From contig NC_068981.1 in NCBI RefSeq assembly GCF_001194135.2, positions 34,314,187-34,361,945 of the forward strand: DNA of 47,759 nt. Reading direction: 5' to 3'. The translations under genes and the position numbers were made by a program. Origin of the DNA: Octopus bimaculoides. Its lineage: Eukaryota. Shown in pieces: positions 11,605 to 23,924 of the stretch. The notes beneath the pieces were generated by a model. It searched no databases and had not been told where the DNA came from. It saw only the letters and a list, made by a program, of their open reading frames with translations. The stretch's first letter is position 1. Each line of letters starts with the position of its first letter.

Positions 11605-12281
11605 GACTTCTTCAAGGTTCAAAATGTACTCCACTTAGGTAATCATTATATCTTTTTGAAGGAAGTGTGTAGCGATAGCATGTTAAAGTTAGAAAATATG
11701 TTTAGAGATTCTATTTGATTGGTAGGTTTTTAATATTTGTAGTTATACTATATACATATACAAAATATTATAATTAGTAAACAGATAAATGAATAGAAAA
11801 ATAACAATAAAAAATAAATAGATAAATAAATTTAATACAAGAAGCTAAATTCTATGGATGATTCTTATTGGATTAGTGAGAGATATATGTTGTTATGATT
11901 TAAGATGGATAGAAATTTGAAAAAAGCCGTCGATAAGTAAACTCCAAATGGTCTAGCATTACAACGGCTTTTTTTCAAATTTCTATCCATCTTAAATCAT
12001 TACAAAATATGTATCTCTCACTAATCCAATAAGAATGATCCACAGAACTTATTTATTTATTTATTTATTTATTATTTTTATTTTTCTATTCATTTATCTG
12101 CTTACTAATTATAATATTTTGTATATGTATATAGTATAACTATAAATATTAAAAACCTACCAATCAAATAGAATCTCTAAACATATTTTTTAACTTTAAC
12201 CTACTATCGCTACACACTTACTTCAAAAAGATATAATGATTACCTAAGTGGAGTTAGCTCTTTTTCAACCCTGAAGAAGTC
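11605..12281. mobile_element. Large fold-back palindrome (arms about 320 bp, loop about 33 bp); MITE/foldback-like
   Basis: Left arm 11605-11930 (GACTTCTTCA…TACTCCACTTAGGTAATCATTATATCTTTTTGAAG…AAAAAAGCCGT) is the reverse complement of 11964-12281, with scattered mismatches and one ~19-bp indel. Confidence 0.85.
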
Positions 12282-13494
12282 CAACCATTAAATAGGACAA
12301 TGTCTTACGTTTAAGATGGTTCCCATACATTCCCTGAGGAGAAGTTTACATTTTTAACATCGACGATTCCTATGGATCGCATAAATTGTAATTCTTCGAA
12401 ACATATGTCAGAATAAAGTATGTAGTTATAACATGCGTTTACTCCATTCCTTAAATTTTTATATATACTCAAATACCCAAAATATCAAGGAGTTTCTGCC
12501 TCACTAACAAGAATTACACCACAGTTATTTTGTGATCCTTGCTACCTTGGTTTCTATTAACCCATTTATTTTATCCGAATTATTATTTATTAGGATAAAA
12601 TAAATACATATAATTAAATATATTTTAAACAGGTCCATAATAAAACCTGCTANNNNNNNNNNNNNNNNNNNNNNNNNNNNNNNNNNNNNNNNNNNNNNNN
12701 NNNNNNNNNNNNNNNNNNNNNNNNNNNNNNNNNNNNNNNNNNNNNNNNNNNNNNNNNNNNNNNNNNNNNNNNNNNNNNNNNNNNNNNNNNNNNNNNNNNN
12801 NNNNNNNNNNNNNNNNNNNNNNNNNNNNNNNNNNNNNNNNNNNNNNNNNNNNNNNNNNNNNNNNNNNNNNNNNNNNNNNNNNNNNNNNNNNNNNNNNNNN
12901 NNNNNNNNNNNNNNNNNNNNNNNNNNNNNNNNNNNNNNNNNNNNNNNNNNNNNNNNNNNNNNNNNNNNNNNNNNNNNNNNNNNNNNNNNNNNNNNNNNNN
13001 NNNNNNNNNNNNNNNNNNNNNNNNNNNNNNNNNNNNNNNNNNNNNNNNNNNNNNNNNNNNNNNNNNNNNNNNNNNNNNNNNNNNNNNNNNNNNNNNNNNN
13101 NNNNNNNNNNNNNNNNNNNNNNNNNNNNNNNNNNNNNNNNNNNNNNNNNNNNNNNNNNNNNNNNNNNNNNNNNNNNNNNNNNNNNNNNNNNNNNNNNNNN
13201 NNNNNNNNNNNNNNNNNNNNNNNNNNNNNNNNNNNNNNNNNNNNNNNNNNNNNNNNNNNNNNNNNNNNNNNNNNNNNNNNNNNNNNNNNNNNNNNNNNNN
13301 NNNNNNNNNNNNNNNNNNNNNNNNNNNNNNNNNNNNNNNNNNNNNNNNNNNNNNNNNNNNNNNNNNNNNNNNNNNNNNNNNNNNNNNNNNNNNNNNNNNN
13401 NNNNNNNNNNNNNNNNNNNNNNNNNNNNNNNNNNNNNNNNNNNNNNNNNNNNNNNNNNNNNNNNNNNNNNNNNNNNNNNNNNNNNNNNNNNNNN

Positions 13495-14313
13495 TATATA
13501 TATATATATATGCATATGCATATGTGTATAATGTTACCTTTTCAGAAAACGAAAAAGTAGTTTCACCATTCCATAACAAAACAGTTGTACTACACTTTTT
13601 TGATATTTTGGCATCTGCAGCAGCTGGAAATACAATAGTTTGGCCAAAATAACCGGCTTTTACAAGCAAAAATAAATATTGACAAAAAACGCATTTGGCC
13701 AAATTTGGACATACGACAGTTTAACATAAGAGCAACAATATATGTGTGCGTGTGTGTGTGTGTGTTTGTGTGTGTGATGTGTATGTGTGATGTGTGTGTG
13801 TGTATATATATATATAGATGCATGTATGTATATTCATATATGTATATTTGTACGTACACAAGCGCAGACGCTCAAACATACAAACATACATACTTACAAA
13901 TATATATACATACATACATAGATATATATACGTACATGCATATATGCATACCTAGATACATAAGTACATACATTCATACGTTCATACATACGTTACCTAA
14001 ATATACATGATTAGCATAAAGGTATAAACAAGCAAACAACTGGTGCATACATACATTGTGTGCGTGCGCGCGCGCGTGCGTGGGTACGTGTGTGTGTTTG
14101 TGCATGTGTGTATGTGTGCTTGTGCCTTTGTATGCATTTGTGTGTGTGTGTGTGTGTGCGTGTGTGTGTGTTTGTGTGTGTGTGTACATGTGTAGGCATA
14201 TATACAGCAGAAAGATCTTGTATGAGTTTTTCTGGCGTGCGTAACCTGACGTTCATCTATATGTGCATATATCCTGTCTTTCAATACATGTATGTACATA
14301 CATGTGTGATTCT

Positions 14314-14362
<49 letters not shown>

Positions 14363-15512
14363 NNNNNNNNNNNNNNNNNNNNNNNNNNNNNNNNNNNNNN
14401 NNNNNNNNNNNNNNNNNNNNNNNNNNNNNNNNNNNNNNNNNNNNNNNNNNNNNNNNNNNNNNNNNNNNNNNNNNNNNNNNNNNNNNNNNNNNNNNNNNNN
14501 NNNNNNNNNNNNNNNNNNNNNNNNNNNNNNNNNNNNNNNNNNNNNNNNNNNNNNNNNNNNNNNNNNNNNNNNNNNNNNNNNNNNNNNNNNNNNNNNNNNN
14601 NNNNNNNNNNNNNNNNNNNNNNNNNNNNNNNNNNNNNNNNNNNNNNNNNNNNNNNNNNNNNNNNNNNNNNNNNNNNNNNNNNNNNNNNNNNNNNNNNNNN
14701 NNNNNNNNNNNNNNNNNNNNNNNNNNNNNNNNNNNNNNNNNNNNNNNNNNNNNNNNNNNNNNNNNNNNNNNNNNNNNNNNNNNNNNNNNNNNNNNNNNNN
14801 NNNNNATATATATATACACATATATATGTATGTATATGTATGTATATGTTTGTATATATATATATATATATATATGTATAGTTGTGTGTGTGTGTATGTG
14901 TGTGTATGTATGTATGTATGTATGTATGTATATACGCGTGTGTGTATGCATGTATGTATGTAATTATATGAATTCGCGCATCTGTACAGCGCGCGGTTAC
15001 CTGTAAGCAGGTGAATAAAAAGGAAAACTGCCAGAAAAGTATTCGGCTGGAGTGGTGGTGGTGTAGTCGGTAGTGGTGGCGGTGGAAGCGATGGCGGTGG
15101 TGGTGGTGGTGGTGGCGCTGCTGTTGTTGCTGTTAATGGTACTTGCGGTGGTGTGGAAGCATGTGTGTGTGTGTATGTGCATGTGCTTGTTGTATGTGTG
15201 TGTCTGTAGACGAAGTGAGGGGAGAGAGAGTGAGAGAGAGAGAGTGAGAGAGAGGGGTGTGGAATGGGTGGCTAAAAGAAGGCAGATCATTAAATAAATA
15301 AATAAAAATGAAAGATAATGCGAAGATAAGAAAGTGGAGGGGTGGGTTCGGTTCGGGGTAAGGGTAAGGTTGGCTAGCGGTAGGTTAAGTTGGGTGTGTA
15401 CCATAGTGAATGTAATGGGGTGTGCGGTGTGTCCTGTATGTGTTGGGTAGGTGAGATGTGTTACGTGTACGTGTGCGTGTGTGTGTGTGTGTATGTGTGT
15501 GTGTGTGACTGT

Positions 15513-15543
<31 letters not shown>

Positions 15544-16560
15544 ATATGGTGAGAGGTACTGCGTGTGATAACCGTGTGTGTACAGTGGATGAATGCGTGA
15601 CTTGTGTATGTGAGCGTGTGTTTCTGTGTGTATGTGTGTGTATAGGTGCATGTATGTATGAGTGTGTGTGCGTACGTGATTGTGTAAGTGCTTGTGAGCG
15701 TGTGTGTATGTATGTATAGGTGCATGTGTATANNNNNNNNNNNNNNNNNNNNNNNNNNNNNNNNNNNNNNNNNNNNNNNNNNNNNNNNNNNNNNNNNNNN
15801 NNNNNNNNNNNNNNNNNNNNNNNNNNNNNNNNNNNNNNNNNNNNNNNNNNNNNNNNNNNNNNNNNNNNNNNNNNNNNNNNNNNNNNNNNNNNNNNNNNNN
15901 NNNNNNNNNNNNNNNNNNNNNNNNNNNNNNNNNNNNNNNNNNNNNNNNNNNNNNNNNNNNNNNNNNNNNNNNNNNNNNNNNNNNNNNNNNNNNNNNNNNG
16001 TGTATATGAGTGTGTATGTGAGTATGTGTGTGTATAGGGGCATATGTATGAGCGTGTATCTGATGTGTAAGTACTTGTGTGTGTGTGAGTATGTATGTGT
16101 GTAAGTGCTTGTGTATGTGTATGTGTGCGTCTGTGTGTAGGTGCATGTGTATATAAGTGTGTGTGTATGTAAGTGTGTAAGTGCTTGTGTGAATATGTGT
16201 GTGCGTGTGTGCAAGTACATGTGTGTATGAGTATGTGTGTATGTAAGCGCTTGTCTGCGTGTTTTTGTGTGTGTATGACTGCTTAAGTGTTTGTGTATGT
16301 GTGTGTGTGTGTGTATAGATGCATATGTATATGAGAGTGTGCATATGTGTATGTGTGTGTGTGTCCTGGTAATATAATGCATGGTGTGTATGAATATGAC
16401 GATGACTGCATTGTGGCATGGTACGGTGTGCATACCATGGGGACTTTGGTGTTGTGTGTGGTACGGCGTATGATGAGGTGCGTTGTGGTGTATGGCATGA
16501 TGTATGACATATAATACGAGATGTATTGAGAATGTGGTGTAGTATAATGCATGCATGTAT
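13495..16560. repeat. Extended decayed GT/TA/GTAT low-complexity field with a GGT-rich tract (15050-15155) and gaps
   Basis: Direct reading; all long ORFs here are dinucleotide or N artefacts. Confidence 0.9.
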
Positions 16561-16595
16561 ACTATAGTGAGGGCGAATATAATATAGTAATGTGG

Positions 16596-16827
16596 AAGGT
16601 GACGCGCTGGCAGAATTGTTAGCACGCCGGGCGAAATGTTTAGCGGTATTTCGTCTGTCTTTACGTTCTGAGTTCAAATTCCGCCGAGGTCGACTTTGCC
16701 TTTCATCCTTTCGGGTCGATTAAATAAGTACCAGTTACGCACTGGGATCTATGTAATCGACTTAATATCTTTGTCTGTCCTGGTTTGTCCCCTCTAAGTT
16801 TAGCCCCTTGTGGGCAATAGACAAATA
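16596..16827 (+). mobile_element. tRNA-headed SINE family A monomer with 15-bp TSD
   Basis: A-box CTGGCAGAATTGTTAG, B-box GAGTTCAAATTCC, core GGTCGACTTTGCCTTTCATCCTTTCGG. Flanked by AATATAGTA(A/G)TGTGG at 16581-16595 and 16828-16842. Confidence 0.92.
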
Positions 16828-16842
16828 AATATAGTAGTGTGG

Positions 16843-17007
16843 CGTTTAGCGGCATTTCATCTGTTTGAGTTCAAATTCTTCCAAGGTTAACTTTACCGTT
16901 TATCCTTTCGGAGTCGATGAAATAAATACCAGCTGTGCACTGGGGTCGACCTAATCAACTTACCCCCTCCCCCGAACTTGCTGGTCTCGTGCCAAAATTT
17001 GAAACCA
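16843..17007 (+). mobile_element. Older SINE family A copy with a different tail, interrupted by the monomer above
   Basis: TTTAGCGGCATTTCATCTG…GAGTTCAAATTC…TATCCTTTCGGAGTCGATGAAATAAATACCAG…CTGGGGTCGAC. Confidence 0.8.
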
Positions 17008-17404
17008 GTATAGTAGTGTTGTGTGGTAGTGCGTCTGGTAGTATGATGTAGTAAGATGTGCTAGGCTTGATATGTTGAAATAGGGAGTTGGTAAAAATAT
17101 ATGAAACGGGGTAAAAGGAGTTGGTGAGGGGATGTGGAAAAGGTGAAGAGGAGGTTGAAGAATGAAGCCAAGATGTTCATCTTCCTAAAGTGTACATCCC
17201 TACCATTAAACCATCCAAAGTCTTTTTTCTTTCATTTTTATTTTTCCATAATGATGTGGAAGTTTCGTCTAAAAATATCTTGGTTGGGTGTTGTCAAGCG
17301 GTCAGTTGGTCGTCCATACGTTCGTTCGTTTGTTTGGTCAGTCGGTCAGTGTTGTTGATTGTATTACCGCTGTTATCGTTGCCGTCGTTCATTGGATTGA
17401 TTAC

Positions 17405-17658
17405 CGTACTAGTTTATGATGATGATAATCTATGATTACGATGATGGTGATTATTATTATGAGGATGATGATGGTGATGATAATGATCAAGTCTTGTAAT
17501 TGTTGTTGTAAATGCAGTTGTTAATGGTGGTAAGAGTCACAACAGAGTAGTAGTAGTAATATGATTTTGATGGTGATCGAATATTCTTACAAGAATTATA
17601 AAATCTCCCTCTCACTGTTCATGTGTGTGTATATATATATACATGTGTGTGTGTGTGT

Positions 17659-17712
<54 letters not shown>
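17405..17712. repeat. Decayed (GAT)n tract and (GT)n microsatellite
   Basis: Direct reading. Confidence 0.85.
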
Positions 17713-17714
<2 letters not shown>

Positions 17715-18842
17715 AGTTTTGGTGAAGCGTTGTGTGGTATAACTTCAAAGAGATTCGTTGTATAAGACCGGAACAATGCAAGAAAGTACAAAGTAAGCTA
17801 CAAAAGGAAAGAGCAAAAAACATAACAAAATTGCATTTTTACCTTTTATTTCTATATTTCGAGTTTATGACCTCGTCTTCAGGATATTTGGAAAAAATAG
17901 TAGTTGGAAAAAACGTTGCTCACACACACACGCGCGCGCATATATTTATCTATAAGGTTCAAACAGGGTAGAGAGACAAGGTATTACCAATGCAGCTCTC
18001 AACACGAGCTTTGGGTTATCTATACTGTCGGATTCCCGACTTGTATAGAAATTCTTCAGGTGTAGAAAATCCTGGTTTCGCGGCGGTAAAACTAATTGTA
18101 TGGATTTAGCGAAGAGTAAAATGCAATCCGAAACAAGAAGACGAAAAAAGACTTTTCTTCAATGATCAATTACAATTGTTTTTGTACCAACTCATGAAAA
18201 ACACAAATTCTGGCAGCCGCACAATTTAAGTGCTTCTGTAATATTTAAAACCACAAATATTACGTAAATTTTCACTTCGAACCCTTTGGTGAACCGGCGT
18301 TGGTACAAGGCAAAGACTTTGTACGTGAACAAAAGTATAGCACTCAATACAAATACAGTATCATACATATGTGTATAAATATGTGTGTGCGTGTGCATGT
18401 ACAAACTATTAGGTACATAATAGCTACTTTGAGTACGTGCCTTTATTAGTGGTTAATTAGTCATTCATTATACTTAAGTTTTAAATGTTAGGCAATATAA
18501 AAATTTGAAAAAATCCATTAGGTCACTACTGGAAAAAAGTGTAGATTTCAAAAAGCATTAGGATTTCTTTTGTATTTTACAATAAGCGAATGCAAATAAC
18601 AAAAAGAAATAAAATGAAATAAAATAAATGAATTGAATAAAATAAAATAAGACTAGAGGAGGAAATAAGGGGGAAAAACTGTACTAAAGATAAGAAATAA
18701 ATGCTTGTCAAAATGTTTGCATTTTGAAAAATCTCAGATTAAACATTTAAGTAGTGACCAGAATTTTTTTTTTTAAGCATTCGCTCGTTACAAGGTCCTT
18801 GGACCACTGAAAACGTTAAAAGCTGCTAGAATAAAATGGACA

Positions 18843-19185
18843 CTAGACAGAAGTCAATCGGTGACGATGTACATTAGACTTAAAAGACTGGAGGTCATAC
18901 TGAAGAGGAAAACAAGACTGTGGAAGGGAATTCCAAGTTCAGAGGTGCGAAGGAAGAAACTGGTACTGTAAAGTGCTTTACATTTAGGAGGTTGCACAAT
19001 ATATTGATGAGAACTGGATGCAAGTCTAGTTGATCGCTGATAAGTTCTTAAAGGAAGAACCAGAGAAGAGAGCTCAGCTGAACAATGTCCATGAAAATAC
19101 TTATAGAAAAAATACAAGGAAGCCACACGACGACGATGAGAGAGTGAATCCAATTTAGAAGATAGATCAGGATGAATAGCATTAG
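18843..19185 (-). mobile_element. 5'-truncated CR1/L2-group (Jockey-superclade) LINE ORF2 C-terminus
   Basis: LDSLSHRRRVASLYFFYKYFHGHCSAELSSLVLP…STRLASSSHQY…SFF.RTS, then after a frameshift (W)NSLPQSCFP..YDLQSFKSNV. This is the typical ORF2 tail motif HRR…FYK…R…SFF.RT..WN.LP. Confidence 0.82.
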
Positions 19186-20244
19186 TTAAATTATGTAAGA
19201 TTTTAAGTAAGAGACACTTTTTCAGCGATGTTAAGTTCACCTTATTAAAAGACCCTTCTGTATTATATGCGAGATTAGCTGGCTTCAGTTTTAGATTAAA
19301 ACAAAGTACAAGATAGTCTTAAAATCTATAAACGTAGTAAATATAAAGGTCTTAGATGTGGAGGAAAATTTATAACAAATAGTATTTTAGTCAAGTCAGT
19401 GTTACCATACTTAATGAAGTGAGCACTGAAAAGCTAATTGAAAATAATTATCAAGCGTAAAAAAAATTAATTACTGGTTAATATTATTAAAATAATTCTT
19501 ATACGTACGGAAATAACTCCAGACATATTTCAGTCTTATCATAGCTCTTCAACGAAGCCTAGATTTCATAATACTCGCCAAAATAGTAATAAGATAATAC
19601 CTAAGTAGATGTACAATATTATACATGAGAAGGTGTGGACCAGAAAATAAATTCTAGACCATAATTACTCAGAGACATCTTCCACATGAAAAGCAATAAT
19701 TAAGTTAGTGCTTTGCAAATAATCGAGTGGATATTATAATGACAAGTCGAGTATTGGAGTCAATTGTTTCCACTAACCTACCTCCCAAACTGTTGGCCTT
19801 TTGCTTAAATCAGAAACTATTAATTTCGTTATCACAAATCATGCAATGTCCCGAACAGAAAGGACAGAGAGGCAGTTATATTGAAATATTCACCAATGAC
19901 TTGCAAATGTTGTTTTCAAAGGCAAAAATGTATAATTGAAAATGAAATTGAAGAATTAGCGTTCTGGCTTTTAAAACGAACATCGCATTTACCCTCATCA
20001 GCGCTCAATGCTGAACTTGTAGATGAATCAGAAAATGGAAATTATCCATTGTAACTTATAATTCTTAGTTTTCGATGAATGCGTTTAAAAAATAGCGAAG
20101 AGCAATAGTGCGCTTGAATATCATAATTAAAGGAATTAGAGAAAGTAGTGGTAAGTTGCTCACTGAAAATGAAAATATGACCAACCAAAGGCCTGTAGTT
20201 GTGTATTGGGAAGTTATGAGACATATCTATCTTTAATCGTTCAT

Positions 20245-20667
20245 CTTTTACTTGTTTCAGTCGTTAGACTGCGGCTAAGCTGGAGCACCGCCTCGAGGGA
20301 TTTTTAGTCGAACGAATCGATCCCAGGACGTTTTTAAAGGGCTGGTATTTATTCTATCAGTGTCTTTTACCGAACTTTTAAGTTACGGGGACGCAAACAA
20401 GCTAACACCAGTTGTCAAGCGGTGCAGTGGGGGACAAACAAAGTAACAACACACGCGTGCATGCACGCACACACACATACACACACGCATACATACATAC
20501 ACACACATATACGACGGGCTTCTTTCAGTTTCCGTCTCTTAAATCCACTCACAAGTCTTTGGTCGACCTCAGGCTAGAGTCGAAAACACTTACTCAAGGT
20601 ACCACACACTAGGACTGAACCCGGAACCATGTGATTGAAGAGAAAATTTCTTACCACACAGCCACGC
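20245..20667 (-). mobile_element. SINE family B, near full length
   Basis: The tRNA-like head (reverse complement GTGGCTGTGTGGTAAG…GGTTCCGGGTTCAGTCC), body, internal (CA)/(TA) tract and tail TGAAACAAGTAAAAG are all present. Confidence 0.92.
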
Positions 20668-20754
20668 TAAATCTTTAAAAACTAACAGTAAGCTTTTAAA
20701 AAAATGCGAAAGGATGATCACAGAATACCTTTCAATCAGAGGTCTACACATCTT

Positions 20755-20885
20755 CTAATTCCACCGAGGTTGATTTTTCGTTCCAGCTTTTAGGATCGAT
20801 AATAACAATCATAATCACCAATCAATTTAATTGACTGTACCCTCACCACCACAAAAATATTTGGTCTTGTGCCAGTATCAGAAAA
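20755..20885 (+). mobile_element. Old SINE family A fragment
   Basis: AATTCCACCGAGGTTGA…AGGATCGAT…ATTGACTGTACCC…GGTCTTGTGCCA. Confidence 0.6.
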
Positions 20886-20894
20886 CTTTATTAA

Positions 20895-21322
20895 ATCTTT
20901 TCTACTCTACGTACAAGGCCTGCAATTTTGGGGGAGGGGGCCAGTCGATCACATCGACCCCAGTTACGCAACTGGCACTTAATTTATCGATCTCGAAAGG
21001 ATGAAAGGCAAAGTTGACCTCGGTGGAATTTGAACTCAGAACGTAAAGACAGATGAAATACCACTAAGCATTTCGCCCGGCGTGCTAACGTTTCTTATTT
21101 CTCTATTACCCGCAAGGGGCTAAACATAGAGGGGACAAACAAGGACAGACAAAGGGATTAAGTCGATTACATCGACCCCAGTGCGTAACTGGTACTTAAT
21201 TTATCGACCCCGAAAGGATGAAAGGCAAAGTCGACCTCGGCGGAATTTGAACTGCTACGGCAGACGAAATTCCACTAAGCATTTAGCCCGGCTTACTAAC
21301 GTTTCTGCCAGCTCACCGCCTT
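20895..21322 (-). mobile_element. Dimeric SINE family A (unit1-tail1 + unit2-tail2) with 15-bp TSD
   Basis: Two tandem bodies joined at GAAATAAG|AAACGTTAGCAC (21093/21094). Flanked by AGAAAA(C/G)TTTATTAA at 20880-20894 and 21323-21337. Confidence 0.92.
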
Positions 21323-21599
21323 AGAAAAGTTTATTAATGACAATACATAGATCCAAAATATTTATATTCTCGACTCACCTCTAATTTACAAATTCTTTCG
21401 TCCGTCCGACTGACTGCCCGAATACCTCCTCGCAATTTGTCTGTTTGTTTGTGTACCTATAACTTCCTATTTTAAACTCATCTAAAAGTGCCAAGGTAAA
21501 AGTACATTAAGATAATTTGACGAAAATATCTGAAGGCTATGCAAAACAAAACTTCCTGTACCGCTAGTGTTATATATAAATCACCTTGAAACAACCAAG

Positions 21600-22110
21600 A
21601 TAGCGGTGTATGTATCTATATATGAATCTGCGTATGTGTAGTAAACATATTCAGGAGGTAAATCCATATGCTTGTAAGTTTTCCATACTCATGAAACTGA
21701 CGGGCGATAGTAAATTATTAACTAGATGCTTCAGATATTTTAATGGGTTCGTCAGGACAGCATCCAAGATTTCGGTGACTGGTGAGAGGAAGGAACGAAT
21801 GCATTGTCAGGTTAGAAATTTGTACACTTTAGATAGTTAGGATGTTTGGAACAGGTTGCAGCTTGCTAAAATCACTCAAGGGTGACACGGTGATATTCAC
21901 CTGAGTAATTAATTCTACCACAGGTGTCTACACAGTTGCTGACATCTAGTTTTCATTCAAAAAGTTTTGGCTAACCTGAGTTCATGGTTGAAGACAGTTA
22001 TCCAAGATACTACGCAGTGGAATCTAATCTTTATCACACAACCATGTCTTGCACCCGTGGATTTGAGGAGCACTTTCAGTACATACTGAAAACATCTCGC
22101 TTCACCACCG
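21600..22110 (-). mobile_element. Highly decayed LINE reverse-transcriptase remnant
   Basis: Across frameshifts: D K.IP..IL.NC..(P)EL..LAKTF, Y(H)RVTL-SDFSK, FLSPVTE, IKISEA (cf. LDISKAFD) and ENLQAYGF. The order matches RT domains 0-4 of CR1/L2-like LINEs. Confidence 0.4.
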
Positions 22111-22374
22111 CTGTTCATTATGGACATCATGGCTGGAATGAATACCACAACTTCAAATTTTTTGTGTAATCGCCAGAAGTATATATTTACAAATATGATC
22201 TTCATTAAAAGTCTAATTTAGAGAAGCTTTCCCGAGAATGATGCTTACTGGTTACATTATAACAGAAAAAAAAGTATACAGTTATGTACCTAGCTCTCAA
22301 TGTCTCAGAATGTGACAGTTAAAATAGTCATCAATTTGCCATCGATTATAACTAGAAGTATAACTGATACCAAT

Positions 22375-22500
22375 CAGACAGGGTTCGATCCTATTGCACG
22401 GCACGGCACCCTGGGCAAGTGTTCATCTATCCTAGCCTCGGCCTGACCAAAGATTTGTAATTGAAATTTGGGCAACAGAAGTTGTGCTGAAAACTGGTAT
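22375..22500 (+). mobile_element. SINE family B head/body fragment
   Basis: GGGTTCGATCC…GGCACCCTGGGCAAGTGTT…TAGCCTCGGCCTGACCAAAG. Confidence 0.75.
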
Positions 22501-22789
22501 GTGCGTATGAGTGCGTTTGTGTGTGAGTGTGTGTGTGTGTGTATGTGTGTGTGTGCGTGTGTGTGTGTGCATTTGTGCGTGCGTGAGAAAGTGAGAGATA
22601 GAGAGAGGGAGTGTGTGTGTATATGTGCGTGGTGGGTGTGAATATGCATGTATATGTGTGCAAGGTGTATTCCAGAAGATTTGAGTGTGTTTTAGATGAG
22701 ACAGTTATGACTGTCCTAGATTGTTGTAAGTTTTGTATATTATTATTATACATCTAACAAGTTGATCTGCCAACTTTTTTTCATATCTG

Positions 22790-23030
22790 ATGGAAGGAAA
22801 TGTCTCTAACACCACTGCTTGTCACAGCTGACTCGTCTGCAGAAAGCAGTTGGAGGATAAAGGCAATATGGAAGTTTGCTATGCAATAAAGTTTTGAGTT
22901 ACCCTTGGAAAAAACGTTATGAAATGCTCCAGACTGCATATCGAGTAACTTGTATGAGCTGGGTATCTGATTTTCGCGGGACAAGAGATTTAAGGATAGC
23001 AGCGAGGATGGCGGTCATTGTCACCCGTTA
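22790..23030 (+). mobile_element. Mariner transposase N-terminal (HTH) fragment, decayed
   Basis: From ATG 22868: MEVCYAIKF*VTLGKN, then after a frameshift YEMLQTAYRVTCMS.VS.FR..HKRFKD. Matches the mariner N-terminal pattern R..IKF…LGK.A.ETY.ML..AYG..CMS…VF.WHKRFK.G. Confidence 0.75.
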
Positions 23031-23206
23031 GCGATGTAAACAAGGGTGCTCATATGCACCCAAAAAACCATACGAGAGGTTCTCCCACGTTTAATATCAC
23101 AGTATTGTGTGTTCTAACGCAGCAGACACTTTTAAGTGAGAATAAATTTTGCCCTTTCGTATTAATACAGCTTCTGTCATTTTCATTATTTCTCCTATAT
23201 ATACAG

Positions 23207-23236
<30 letters not shown>

Positions 23237-23238
<2 letters not shown>

Positions 23239-23343
23239 GGCTGTGTGGTAAGAGCTTGCTTCCCACCCACATGGTATGGCTGTGTGGTAAGAGCTTGCTT
23301 CCCACCCACATGGTTCTGGATTCAGTCTCACCACCTGGCACCT
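23237..23343 (+). mobile_element. SINE family B head with perfect 39-bp tandem duplication
   Basis: ATGGCTGTGTGGTAAGAGCTTGCTTCCCACCCACATGGT at 23237-23275 and 23276-23314, then truncated. Confidence 0.9.
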
Positions 23344-23924
23344 ATATATATATAAACGACCACGCATATATATACATACATACATACATATNNNNNNNNN
23401 NNNNNNNNNNNNNNNNNNNNNNNNNNNNNNNNNNNNNNNNNNNNNNNNNNNNNNNNNNNNNNNNNNNNNNNNNNNNNNNNNNNNNNNNNNNNNNNNNNNN
23501 NNNNNNNNNNNNNNNNNNNNNNNNNNNNNNNNNNNNNNNNNNNNNNNNNNNNNNNNNNNNNNNNNNNNNNNNNNNNNNNNNNNNNNNNNNNNNNNNNNNN
23601 NNNNNNNNNNNNNNNNNNNNNNNNNNNNNNNNNNNNNNNNNNNNNNNNNNNNNNNNNNNNNNNNNNNNNNNNNNNNNNNNNNNNNNNNNNNNNNNNNNNN
23701 NNNNNNNNNNNNNNNNNNNNNNNNNNNNNNNNNNNNNNNNNNNNNNNNNNNNNNNNNNNNNNNNNNNNNNNNNNNNNNNNNNNNNNNNNNNNNNNNNNNN
23801 NNNNNNNNNNNNNNNNNNNNNNNNNNNNNNNNNNNNNNNNNNNNNNNNNNNNNNNNNNNNNNNNNNNNNNNNNNNNNNNNNNNNNNNNNNNNNNNNNNNN
23901 NNNNNNNNNNNNNTTTTTTTTTTT

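Noticed and set aside
19826-20055. Stop-free frame FRYHKSC…NGNYPL
   Set aside because: No recognisable domain or clear splice sites; the length is within chance expectation.
21984-22169. 61-aa plus-strand ORF (MVEDSYPRYY…) and a PCLAPVD mariner-like motif in another frame
   Set aside because: Spacing does not fit the mariner W-x9-PDLAP motif; the region is better explained as the antisense of a decayed LINE RT.
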